Below are positions 24,353 through 37,067 of a stretch of DNA of 64,000 bases, piece after piece; the stretch's first letter is position 1; every line of letters starts with the position of its first letter. A program made the translations under genes and the position numbers. The stretch is taken from the NCBI RefSeq assembly GCF_964213995.1, contig NC_135825.1:12338001-12402000 (forward strand), written 5' to 3'. Under the pieces are notes generated by a model, which saw only the letters and a list, made by a program, of their open reading frames with translations, was not told where the DNA came from and did no database searches. The DNA comes from Mustelus asterias (taxonomy: Eukaryota).

Positions 24353-24676
24353 AACCCTTGTCTGTTCCTGAACTTAGATTTTTATCACCACCAAATGCCA
24401 CATGTTCTGGGGGCTCAGTGTCCGTCTCCTGTGAGTCTGTCCAGGGATCACTTCCCATTCAGTACACATGGTACGAAAATACCACATCTGAAGATTCAAA
24501 GATCTCTGACACCAATAAACTGGATCTACATTGTCAATCCTTCACACAGCAACATCATCAATATTACTGCACAGCCTCAAATAACCAGGGAGAAAAATCC
24601 AGTGAAATGGTTACAGTGTCAGTGATCCACATTTCAGAGAATGATTGCAGTTATGTGACACAAATCAGCAACATTG
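24353..24676 (+). CDS. Gene 1 Ig C2-type exon C3
   Basis: AG/GT sites, 324 nt, open frame. Confidence 0.88.
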
Positions 24677-25344
24677 GTAACTATCACTTTAAGTTTCAAA
24701 AATGTCAACTAATTTTTAAATTAATGTCTGTCTGAATTGCTCACGGGTTTAGTTCTATTGGTCGTTCAAAACAATTTTAATAATAATAGAATTGCATTTT
24801 TTTTTGCTTTTCACATCTTCAGGACAGTTTTAAAGTCAGTTCTGGTCAATGCTGGAACTGAATCAGAGCCATTGTTGTGATGTAGGAAGCTCAGTACCAA
24901 TTTGAGAGCAATAAGCTCCCTCAAAGAGCAATGTGATCATGAGCAGACAATCTGCTGTCTGACAATTGCTGTTTGAGAATATAATAATTCCAGGAGCCGG
25001 CTGGGAAGGAACCGCGCTTCTATTGTACAAAATGAAAATAAAGAATCACCACACACCTGTGGTAACCACAACAGGTCCCAACCAGGACTAAAAGATTAAT
25101 GGACCCTCTCAAGGTCTTGCTTTATAAAGCGCATGCTATACAATCTCAATATGGTTGCTTAATTATCAATCTGCAGGGAGCACATATTCTATGATACCAA
25201 CGGTCTCAAACAAGGAAGTATCCAATTGCATTAGAAGATGTATTGGAGAGATTTCTCTGAACACAGTGGTAATTCCAATTGAAATATATCTGTTGGTATG
25301 AAGCAATTATTTTCAGTTCAATTTTTGACCTGTTGTCTTTTCAG

Positions 25345-25653
25345 CTCCGAGTGCATTGTGGGCAAAAAATAATGTAACAGGAGTTTTGGGAAGATCGATC
25401 ACTATAGATTGTCACTATGACAAATTGTCTCAGTCACATGTGAAATATTGGAGTCGTCAGTGCTCTGTTTTGGTAAAATCAGACGATCCAGATGGACGGC
25501 GAGGGAGAATGTCGATCACAGATAACAAGACACAAGGATTTTTTGTTGTTACTATGGAGGATCTTCACTCAGAAGATGCAGGATGGTACAGCTGTGGAAT
25601 TGATAAGCCCGGCCTCCTTTCAATATTTCCTGTAAAGCTACAAATATCTGACG
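25345..25653 (+). CDS. Gene 1 IgV exon V4
   Basis: AG/GT sites, 309 nt, open frame. Confidence 0.88.
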
Positions 25654-26400
25654 GTACATTGTTCTCAGTGATTATCTTTATTCCTCTTGACTGAAATGTC
25701 TGATCGGTGCTTTATCTGGGAGGAGACATTGACAGCTCCGATATCCCAAGGCTCCGCAGCAGTGCAGAGTCTGGCAGCTAGAGGGCAGTTAGAACAATGA
25801 TTATGTTGGAGGAATTGTAATTCAGAGGCCCAGAGTAATGATCCAGAGAGATGGGGTCAGATTTATTGTACCTTGGACACTGCTCTCCTGGCTAAGAAAT
25901 TTGTATGGACCCCACCCTTGCTCCCGATGCCTGGACAATAGACCTTGACCACTTCCCGGATACTCACCAGATACTCACCATCAGCTCACTTCTTCCCCTG
26001 TTGTAAATTCCTTCAGCTCATTAAACCTCCACACTCGGTTGAAGGCAGACTCCAGTGCTGGTTGCACTGAGAATGTCTGAATTTATATTTTCAAAAACAA
26101 AGGGATTGGGTACAAAAAGACCATTTCAAGCCAGTTTCCCCAATTAACTGTTCCAGTGGCTGCCAGCGGATAGCTTCTATCTCCCAGCTTCCGCCCTTTA
26201 GATGAGACTTAGGGGGGGAATTTTCCCATTCCGCTCGCCATGGAAATTGTAGCATGCGGGTGATGAACCATGCAAACATCGGTTGACGTCGGGCGAGAGT
26301 TTCTGGTCTCGCTCGACCGAAGCAGTAAAATCCCATCCTAAACTTGAAACAGTACTCACACTTAAATGTTAAATGGTACTTATTGTTAAATGTTAAATAC

Positions 26401-27313
26401 TATTGCTAAATTGAGTAGAGTAATTGTAGATTGTTGTTTGCAAGATTGGAAAATGTGAGGGAAAGTCATTGCATGGTCCTTTCAAAAAGTAGTACTTTTA
26501 CTGTGCTTAGAGAGTTAATAAAAAATGCAAGTACACATAGAGTGCCCAAAATGAAACATTTGTATCAGAAGGCCAAGGAGCAGTGTTACCAAGGCAACAG
26601 GGTGTCAGGCATTTGAATTATTTGAATTCCTCCAATCAATTTGAATTCGGCACTTAGGTACCAAGAACCTATTAAATTTAAATCCAATGGTTTTGGCAAC
26701 CTAGGACCAATCCTATTGTGGGGATATTGATATGCCATCACAGGTATAAAAGGAAGGGGGCAGTTTGACAAAAGCAGAGAGCAACTGCCAACTGCCAGAA
26801 TTAAAGCTCTTAGTTCAGCTCTCAGCTCTGAAGAGAGAGAGAGAGAGAGAACTGCTGGCTCTCATCGCCTCATTGATGGCTTAAGAGAAAGCACCATCTC
26901 AATAGGGAAGATACCAAAGCGGACAGGAGTTCCAGACAGAAGAATCAACTGAATAGGCCCAGAATATTCCTGAAGACACCAAACCTGGTTATAATTGTGA
27001 GAGTGACCAAATTTTAGTTTGTTAATGAGTGGGAATTGTATTTATCTGAAGAGCATTCCATTCGAATCATGTTTTATTTGGTTTGTTAACAGTTTAGTTA
27101 ACTTGTTCATTGTGTGTTAGCCACATAAATTGTTACCCTGTGACTTTGGATTCGGTGTCTCAGAGTTATTTTGATTTAACCACTGAGAGTTGCGAAAGAG
27201 CAGAGCGTAACACTTCACAATCACTTTTACAGATTGTGAGGTGAGGTACTCCTCTTTGAGTGGTTAGGTGTTAGTTCTCAGCGGGTGGGGGGATCCACCT
27301 CTGCTCCATAACA
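26401..27313 (+). mobile_element. Solo LTR copy in V4-C4 intron
   Basis: Same element, position and ATAC TSD as 18432-19339. Confidence 0.75.
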
Positions 27314-28059
27314 ATACAAGTACAAACAATGGCCGGATTTTCCCAACCTCATCCATGGACCAGATTCTCCGGTCCCGCTGCTGTGAATGGAGATTTGGCT
27401 CAGCTCCAAATTCTCAGTTCTCACTGGCAGTGGGGGCAGGTTATTTGATATCAGAGAATTCTGGCCAATATCAGATTTTTTGCAAGATATTTAAGCCTTT
27501 GTCATCTCAGGAAATATCCATAGTCTATCGCAGGTCACACTGCAATGCTTGTCACTAACTAATCTGCTATCATGAATATCTGTTCTCCCAGACAGCAATC
27601 TATAGATACCACCCACAATCGGCCAAGCTCCCACTGCCATCTCACTCTCTCGAACACTCTCCCTTCCTCCTCACACCCTGGATGAGTTATAGAAATATGG
27701 GTAATAATATGAAAGTATTTAATTTTTTGGTCATTCTGAAGTTTAAAGTTGTTAAATATTTTTAAATGTGAAATGGTACTCACTGTTAAATGTTAAATAC
27801 AAATACAAACAATGGCTGGAAAACACCAAACGCGTCCTCAGCTGGAATTATCCAGTCTCGCTGCTGCGAATGGAGATTTGGCTGAGCGCCAATTTCCCTA
27901 TTCCAACTGGCAGCAGGGGCGGATCACTCGATATCGGAGATTACAGGTCAAGATTAGATTTTCTAGAAAGATATTTAAGTCTCCATTATCTCAGCAAACA
28001 TCCACAGTCTATCGCAGGTCGCACTCCAATGCTTGTTACTAACTAATCTGCTATCATGA

Positions 28060-28235
28060 GTCCAAAGATGTGCGGGTGAGGTTGATTGGCCAGGTTACAA
28101 CTTGCCCCTTAGAGTCCTGAGATGCGTAGGTTAGAGGGATTAGCAGGTAAATATGTGGGGGTAGGGCCTGGGTGGGATTGTGGTTGGTACAGACTCGATG
28201 GGCCGAATGGCCTCCTTCTGCATTGTAGGGTTTCT
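28060..28235 (+). mobile_element. 5'-truncated SINE unique to unit 4
   Basis: tccaaagatgtgcgg..ggcctccttctgcattgtagggtttct matches the 3' half of the HE1-like SINE; flanked by atga repeats; absent from other units. Confidence 0.8.
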
Positions 28236-29009
28236 ATGAATGTCTACTGTCCGTTACAGCAAGCAACAGATACTACCTGCATTTGGCCAAGCTCCCACTG
28301 CCATCTCTCTCTCTCTCTCTAACATTCTCCCTTCCTCCTCACACCATGGATAAGTTATAGAAATATGGGTAATAATATTAAAGTATTTAATTTTTTGGTC
28401 ATTCTGAAGTTTAAAGTTGTTAAATATTTTTAAATGTGAAATGGTACTCACTGTTAAATGTTAAATACAAATACAAACAATGGCTGGAAAACACCAAACG
28501 CGTCCTCAGCTGGAATTATCCAGTCCCGCTGCTGTGAATGGAGATTTGGCTGAGCGCCAAATTCCCTATTCCAACTGGCAGCAGGGGCGGATCTCTCGAT
28601 ATCAGAGATTTCAGGTCAAGATTAGATTTATTCAAAAGATATTTAAGTCTCCATTATCTCAGCAAACATCCACAGTCTATCGCAGGTCGCACTCCAATGC
28701 TTGTTACTAACTAATCTGCTATCATGAATATCTGCTGTCCGTGACAGCAAGCAATAGATACTACCTGCATTCGGCCAAGCTCCCACTGCCATCTCTCTCT
28801 CTCTCTAACACTTTCTCTTCCTCCTCACACCCTGGATGAGGTGTAGAACTATTGGTAACATAAAACTATTGAATTCTTTGGTCATTCTAAATTTAAAGTT
28901 TTAACGTTTAAATTTGAAGGTTTTTTAAATTAGAGTCACAAGTAGGCTTACATTAACACTGCAATGAAGTTCCTGTGAAAAGCCGTCAATGATTGTCTTT
29001 TTCACACAG

Positions 29010-29333
29010 AACCCGTGTCTGTTCCTGAACTTAAATTTCTATCACCACCAAATGCCTCATGTTCTGGGGGCTCAATGTCCGTCTCCTGTGAGTCTGTCCA
29101 GGGATCGCTTCCCATTCAGTACACATGGTATGAAAAGACCCCGTCTGAAGACTCAAAGATCTCTGACACCAATAAACTGGATCTACATTGTCAATCCTTC
29201 ACACAGCAACATCATCAATATTACTGCACAGCCTCAAATCACCAGGGAGAAAAATCCAGTGAAATGGTTACAGTGTCAGTGATCCACATTTCAGAGAATG
29301 ATTGCAGTTATGTGACACAAATCAGCAACATTG
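29010..29333 (+). CDS. Gene 1 Ig C2-type exon C4
   Basis: AG/GT sites, 324 nt, open frame. Confidence 0.88.
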
Positions 29334-30001
29334 GTAACTATCACTTTAAGCTTCAAACAATTCAACTATTTTTTAAATTAATGTCTGTCTGAATTGCTCA
29401 CGGGTTTAGTTCTATTGGTCGTTCAAAACAATTTTAATAAAAATAGAATTCCATTTTTTTTCGCTTCTCACATATTCAGGACAGTTTTAAAGTCCGTTCT
29501 GGTCAATGCTGGAACTGATTCAGAGCCATTGCTGTGATGTAGGAAGCTCAGCACCAATTTGTGAGCAATAAGCTCCCTCAAGGAGCAATGTGATCATGAG
29601 CAGACAATCTGCTGTCTGACAATTGCTGTTTGAGAATATAATAACTCCAGGAGTCGGATGTGAAGGAACCGTGCTTCTATTGTACAAAATGAAAATAAAG
29701 AATTACCACACACCCCTGGTGACCACAACAGGTCCCAACAAGGACTAAAAGATCAATGGACCCTCTCAAGGTCTTGCTTTATAAAGGGCATGGTATACAA
29801 TCTCAATGTGGTTGTCCAATTATCAATCCGCGGGGAGCACATATTCAATGATACCAACGATCTCAAACAAGGAAGTATCCAATTGCAATAGAAGATGTAC
29901 TGGAGAGATTTCTCTGAATACAGTAGTAATTCCTCTTGAAATAAATCTGTTTGTATGAAGCAATTATTTTCAGTTCAATTTTTGACCTCTTGTCTTTTCA
30001 G

Positions 30002-30310
30002 CTTCAAGTGCATTGTGGGCAAAAAATAATGTAACAGGGGTTTTGGGAAGATCGATCACTATAGATTGTCACTATGACAAATTGTCCCAGTCACATGTGA
30101 AATCTTGGAGTCGTCAGTGCTCTGTTTTGGTAAAATCAGACGATCCAGATGGACGGCGAGGGAGAATATCGATCACAGATCACAAGACACAAGGATTATT
30201 TGTTGTTACTATGGAGGATCTTCACTCAGGAGATGCAGGATGGTACAGCTGTGGTATTGATAAGCCCGGCCTCCTTTCTATATTTCCTGTAAAGCTACAA
30301 ATATCTGACG
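30002..30310 (+). CDS. Gene 1 IgV exon V5
   Basis: AG/GT sites, 309 nt, open frame. Confidence 0.88.
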
Positions 30311-31563
30311 GTACATTGTTCTCAGTGATTATCTTTATTCCTCTCGACTGAAATGTCTGATCGGTGCTTTATCTGGGAGGAGACATTGACAGCTCCGTTA
30401 TCCCGAGGCTCCGCAGCAGTGCAGAGTCTGGCAGCTAGAGGGCAGTTAGAACAATGATCATGTTGGAGGAATTGTAATTCAGAGGCCCAGAGTAATGATC
30501 CAGAGAGATGGGATCAGATTTATTGTACCTTGGAACCTGCTCTCCTGGCTAAGAAATTTGTATGGACCCCACCCTTGCTCCCGATGCCTGGACAATAGAC
30601 CTTGACCGCTTCCCGGATACTCACCAGATACTCACCAACAGCTCACTTCTTCCCCTGTTGTAAATTCCTTCAGCTCATTAAACCTCCACAATCGGTTGAA
30701 GGCAGACTCCAGTGCTGATTGCATTGAGAATGTCTGAATTGATATGTTCAAAAACAAATAGACTCAGTACAAAAAGACCAGTTCAAGCCAGTTTCCCGAA
30801 TTAACTATTCCAGTTGCTGCCAGCGGATAGCTTCTATCTCCCAGCTCATGCCCTTTGGATGATACTTCCATCGGAATTTTACTGCCTCACCCGCCACTGT
30901 ATCGGGACTGGTGTGGGGCAGACTCAAGGGTGTTGACCTTGGGCGGGGTATTTTGGTCTCGCTCATTCGAGTCCATAAAACCCCACCCTCAACTTGAAAC
31001 AGTACTGACACTTAAATGTTAAATGGTACTTACTGTTAAATTTTAAATACAAATACAAACAATGGCTGGAATTCACCAAACTCCACAGCTGGAATCATCC
31101 AGTCCCGCTGCTGTGAATGGAGATTTGGCCGAGCGCCAATTTCCCTCTTCCAACTGGCAGCAGGGGCGGATCGCTCGATATCGGAGAATTCAGGTCGAGA
31201 TTAGATTTTTGGAAAGATATTTAAGTCGCCGTTAGCTCAGCAAACATCCACAGTCTATCTCAGGTCACACTCCAATGCTTGTCACCAACTGTCCATGACA
31301 GCAATCAATAGATACTACCTGCATTCGGCCAAGCTCCCACTGCCATCTCTCTCTCTCTCCAACACTTTCCCTTCCTCCTCACACCCTGGATGAGTTGTAG
31401 AAATATTGGTAACATGAAACTATTTAATTTTTTGGTCATTCTAAAGTTCAAAGTTTTGAAGTTTAAAGTTAAACATTTATTCAATCATTGTCACAAGTAG
31501 GCTTACATTAACCCTGCAATGAAGTTTCTCTGAAAATCCGTTCATGATTGTCTTTTCCCACAG

Positions 31564-31887
31564 AACCCGTGTCTGCTCCCGAGCTTAAATTTCTATCACC
31601 ACCAAATGCCTCATGTTCTGGGGGCTCAGTGTCCGTCTCCTGTGAGTCTGTCCAGGGATCATTTCCCATTCAGTACATATGGTATGAAAAGACCCCGTCT
31701 GAAGATTCAAAGGTCTCTGACACCAATAAACTGGATCTACATTGTCAATCCTTCACACAGCAACATCATCAATATTACTGCACAGCCTCAAATCACCAGG
31801 GAGAAAAATCCAGTGAAATGGTTCCAGTGTCAGTGATCAACAGATCAGAGAATGATTGCAGTTATGTGACACAAATCAGCAACATTG
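31564..31887 (+). CDS. Gene 1 Ig C2-type exon C5
   Basis: AG/GT sites, 324 nt, open frame. Confidence 0.88.
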
Positions 31888-32556
31888 GTAAATATCACTT
31901 TAAGCTTCAGAAAATTCAATTAATTTTTAAATTAATGTCTGTCTGAATTGCTCACGGGTTTAGTTCTATTGGTCATTCAAAGAAATTGTAATAAAAATAG
32001 AATTGCATTTATTTTTTACTTTTCTCAACTTCAGGACAGTTTTAAAGTCAGTTCTGGTCAATGCTGGAACTGATTCAGAGCCATTGTTGTGATGTAGGAA
32101 GCTCAGCACCAATTTGTGAGCAAGAAGCTCCTTCAAAGAGCAATGTGATGATGAGCAGACAATCTGCTGTCTGACAATTGTTGTTTGAGAATATAATAAC
32201 TGCAGGAGCCGGCTGTGAAGGAACCGTGCTTTTGTTGTACAATATGAAAATAAACAATAACCACACGCCTGTTGTGACCAGAACAGGTCCCAACCAGGAC
32301 TAAAAGATTAATGGACCCTCTCAGGGTCTTGCTTTATAAAGGGCATGGTATACAATCTCAATATGGTTTGCTAATTATCAATCCACGGGGAGCACATATT
32401 CAATGATACCAACGATCTCAAACAAGGAAGTATCCAATTGCATTGGAAGATGTATTGGAGAGATTTCTCTGAATACAGTTGTAATTCCTATTGAAACATA
32501 TCTGTTTGTATGAAGCAATTATTTTCAGTTCAATTTTTGACCTGTTGTCTTTTCAG

Positions 32557-32865
32557 CTCCAAGTGCATTGTGGGCAAAAAATAAAATAACAGGAATTTTG
32601 GGAAGATCGATCACCATAGATTGTCACTATGACAAATTGTCCCAGTCACATGTGAAATCTTGGAGTCGTCAGTGCTCTGTTTTGGTAAAATCAGATGATC
32701 CAGATGGACGGCGAGGGAGAATGTCGATCACAGATAACAAGACACAAGGATTATTTGTTGTTACTATGGAGGATCTTCGCTCAGGAGATGCAGGATGGTA
32801 CAGCTGTGGTATTGATCAGCCCGGCCTCCTTTCAATGTTTCCTGTAAAGCTACAAATATCTGACG
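32557..32865 (+). CDS. Gene 1 IgV exon V6
   Basis: AG/GT sites, 309 nt, open frame. Confidence 0.88.
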
Positions 32866-34156
32866 GTACATTGTTCTCAGTGATTATCTTTATTACTCTC
32901 GACTGAAATGTCTGATCGGTGCTTTATCTGGGAGGAGACATTGACAGCTCCGATATCCCGAGGCTCCGCAGCAGTGCAGAGTCTGGCAGCTAGAGGGCAG
33001 TTAGCACAATGATTATGTTGGAGGAATTGTAATTCAGAGGCCCAGAGTAATGTTCCAGAGAGATGGGGTCAGATTTATTGCACCTTGGAACCCGCTCTCC
33101 TGGTTAACAAGTTGGCAAGGACCCCACCCTTGCTCCCGATGCCTGGACAATAGACCTTGACCACTTCCCGGATACTCACCAGATACTCACCAACAGCTCA
33201 CTTCTTCCCCTGTAGTAAATTCCTTCAGCTCATTAAACCTCCACACTCGGTTGAAGTCAGACTCCAGTGCTGGTTGCACTGAGAATGTCTGAATTTATAT
33301 GTTCAAAAACAAAGGGACTCGGTTCAAAAAGACCAGTTCAAGCCAGTTTCCCCAATTAACTATTCCAGTTGCTGCCAGTGGATAGCTTCTATCTCCCAGC
33401 TCATGCCCTTTGGATGATATTTACGTCGGAATTTTACTGCCTCGCCTGTCATGGTATCGGAACGGGTTGGGGCAGACAACGGAAATGTCTGTTGACCTTG
33501 GGCGGGATTTTCCTGTCTCGCTCATTGGGGGCCATAAATCCCTGCCCGAGACTTTAAACAGTACTCACACTTAAATGTTAAATGGTACTTACTGTTAAAT
33601 GTTAAATACAAATACAAATAATGGCTGAATTTCACCGAACCTGTCCGCAGCTGGAATCATCCAGTCCCGCTGCTGTGAATGGAGATTTGGCTGAGCGCCA
33701 AATTCCCTATCCCAACTGGCAGCAGGGGTGGATCACTCGATATCAGAGAATTCAGGTCAAGGTTAGATTTTTAGACAGATATTTTAAGTCTACGTTATCT
33801 CAGCAAACATCCACAGTCTATCTCAGGTCACACTCCAATGCTTGTCACTCACTAATCTGCAATCATAAATATCTGCTGTCCATGACAGCAATCAACGGAT
33901 ACTACCTGCATTCGGCCAAGCTCCCACTGCCATCTCTCTCTCTCTCTCTCTCTAAAACTTCCCCTTCCTCCTCACACCCTGGATGAGGTGTAGAATTATT
34001 GGTACTATGAAACTAATTAATTTTTTGGTCATTCTAAAGTTTAAAGTTTTAAAGTTTAAAGTTAAAGCTTTTTAAAATTTGTGTCTCAAGTAGGCTTACA
34101 TTAACACTGCAATGAAGTTCTGTGAAAATCCGTTCATGGTTGTCTTTTTCCCACAG

Positions 34157-34480
34157 AACCCGTGTCTGTTCCTGAACTTAAATTTCTATCACCACCAAAT
34201 GCCTCATGTTCTGGGGGCTCAGTGTCCCTCTCCTGTGAGTCTGTCCAGGGATCACTTCCCATTCAGTACACATGGTATGAAAAGACTCCGTCCGAAGATT
34301 CAAAGATCTCTGACACCAATAAACTGGGTCTACATTGTCAATCCTTCAAACAGCAACATCATCAATATTACTGCACAGCCTCAAATAACCAGGGAGAAAA
34401 ATCCAGTGAAATGGTTACAGGGTCAGTGATCCACATTTCAGAGAATGATTGCAGTTACTTAACACAAATCAGCAACATTG
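34157..34480 (+). CDS. Gene 1 Ig C2-type exon C6
   Basis: AG/GT sites, 324 nt, open frame. Confidence 0.88.
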
Positions 34481-35150
34481 GTAAATATCACTTTAAGCTT
34501 CAAAAGATTCAACTAATTTTTAAATTAATGTCTGTCTGAATTGCTCACGGGTTTTGTTCTATTGGTCGTTCAAAGCAATTTTAATAAAATTAGAATTGCA
34601 TTTATTTTTCACTTTTCACAGCTTCAGGACAGTTTTAAAGTCAGTTCTGGTCAATGCTGGAACTGATTCAGAGCCATTGTTGTGATGTAGGAAGCTCAGC
34701 ACCAATTTGTGAGCAATAAGCTCCCTCAGGGAGCAATGTGATGATGAGCAGACAATCTGCTGTCTGACAATTTGCTGTTTGAGAATACAATAACTCCAGG
34801 AGCCGGCTGTGAAAGAACTGTGCTTCTATTGTACAAAATGAAAGTAAAGAATTACCACATGCCTGTGGTGAGCACTACAGGTCCCAACCTGGACTAAAAG
34901 ATTAATGGAACCACTCAAGGTCTTGCTTTATAAAGGGCTTGGGATACAATCTCAATATGGTTGTCTAATTATCAATCCGCAGGGAGCACATATTCAATAT
35001 GCCCAACGATATCAAACAAGGAAGTATCCAATTGCATTAGAAGATGTATTGGAGAGATTTCTCTGAACACAGTGGTAAATCCTATTGAAATATATCTGTT
35101 TGTATTGAGCAATTATTTTCAGTTCAATTTTTGACCTGTTGTCTTTTCAG

Positions 35151-35459
35151 CTCCAAGTGCATTGTGGGCAAACAATAATGTAACAGGAGTTTTGGGAAGA
35201 TCGATCACTATAGATTGTCACTATGACAAATTGTCTCAGTCACATGTGAAATATTGGAGTCGTCAGTGCTCTGTTTTGGTAAAATCAGACGATCCAGATG
35301 GACGGCGAGGGAGAATGTCGATCACAGATAACAAGACACAAGGATTATTTGTTGTTACTATGGAGGATCTTCGCTCAGGAGATGCAGGATGGTACAGCTG
35401 TGGAATTGATAAGCCCGGCCTCCTTTCAATATTTCCTGTAAAGCTACAAATATCTGATG
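35151..35459 (+). CDS. Gene 1 IgV exon V7
   Basis: AG/GT sites, 309 nt, open frame. Confidence 0.88.
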
Positions 35460-36743
35460 GTACATTGTTCTCAGTGATTATCTTTATTCCACTCGACTGA
35501 AATGTCTGATCGGTGCTTTATCTGGGAGGAGACATTGACAGCTCCGATATCCCGAGGCTCCGCAGCAGTGCAGAGTCTGGCAGCTAGAGGGCAGTTAGAA
35601 CAATGATTATGTTGGAGGAATTGTAATTCAGAGGCCCAGAGTAATGATCCAGAGAGCTGGGGTCAGATTTATGCAACTGGTTTCCTGCTCTCCTGGTTAA
35701 CGAGTTGGCAAGGACCCCACCCATGCTCTCGGTGCCTGGAAAATAGTTCTTGGCTACTTCCTGGATACTCCCCAGATACTCACCAACAGCTCACTTCTTC
35801 CCCTGTCGTAAATTCCTTCAGCTCATTAAACCTCCACACTCGGTTGAAGTCAGACTCCAGTGCTGGTTGCACTGAGAATGTCTGAATTTATATGTTCAAC
35901 AACAAAGGGACTCAGTACAAAAAGGCCAGTTCAAGCCAGTTTCCCCATTGAACTAATCCAGTTGCTGCCAGTGGATAGCTTCTATCTCCCAGCTCATGCC
36001 CTTTGGGTGATACTTACGTCGGAATTTTACTGCCTCGCCCGCCATGGTATCGGAGCGGGTGTGGGGCAGACAACGGAAATGTCTGTTGACCTTGGGCGGA
36101 ATATTCCAGTCTCGCTCATTCGAGGCCATAAAACCCCGCCCGAGACTTTAAACAGTACTCACACTTAAATGTTAAATGGTACTTACTGTTAAATGTTAAA
36201 TACAAATACAAACAATGACCGGAATTCACTAAACTCGTCCGCAGCTGGAATTATCCAGTCCCGCTGCTGTGAATGGCATTTGGCTGAGCATCAAATTCCC
36301 GATTCCAACTGACAGCGGGGACGGATCGCTCGATATCGGGTGATTCAGGTCAAGATTAGATTTTCAAAAAGATATTTCTGTCTGCGTTATCTCAGCAAAC
36401 ATCCACAGTCTATCGCAGGTCACACTCCAATGCTTGTTACTAACTAATCTGCTATCATGAATATCTGCTGTCCATGACAGCAATCAATAGATTCTACCTG
36501 CATTCAGCCAAGCTCCCACTGCCATCTCTCTCTCTCTCTAACACTTTCCCTTCCTCCTCATACCCTGGATGAAGTGTAGAAATATTGGTAATATGAAACT
36601 ATTTAATTTTTTGGTCATTCTAAAGGTCAAAATTTTATAGTTTAAAGTTAAAGCTTTTTTAAATTCGCGTCACAAGTAGGCTTACGTTAACACTGCAATG
36701 AAGTTACTGTGAAAATCCGTTAATGATTGTCTTTTTCCCACAG

Positions 36744-37067
36744 AACCCGTGTCTGTTCCTGAACTTAAATTTTTATCACCACCAAATGCCTCATGTTCTG
36801 GGGGCTCAGTGTCCGTCTCCTGTGAGTCTGTCCAGGGATCACTTCCTATTCAGTACACATGGTATGAAAAGACCCTGTTTGAAGATTCAAAGATCTCTGA
36901 CACCAATAAACTGGATCTACATTGTCAATCCTTCAAACAGCAACATCATCAATATTACTGCACAGCCTCAAATAACCAGGGAGGAAAATCCAGTGAAATG
37001 TTGAACATTTCAGTGATCAACGGATTAGGGCAGAATTGCAGTTATGTGACACAGATCAACAACGTTG
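36744..37067 (+). CDS. Gene 1 Ig C2-type exon C7 (membrane-proximal, divergent 3' end)
   Basis: AG acceptor, consensus G|gtaagt donor, 324 nt; ends EMLNISVINGLGQNCSYVTQINNV. Confidence 0.9.

Larger units (their letters stand above)
15934..37067 (+). repeat. Tandem array of V-C2 exon-pair units (V-to-V periods 3987, 3982, 4657, 2555, 2594 bp)
   Basis: Exons and introns are repeated with high identity; period differences are explained by a solo LTR and an internal ~480-bp sub-repeat. Confidence 0.95.

Noticed and set aside
17376-37067. Array as seven separate genes or as an Ig/TCR locus
   Set aside because: No leader, TM or tail exons were found inside the units, there are no J/D segments, and the C domains are C2-type rather than C1-type.
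17376-37067. Array as a pure assembly duplication artefact
   Set aside because: Units differ by many substitutions, private TE insertions and sub-repeat counts. Exact copy number still needs long-read confirmation.
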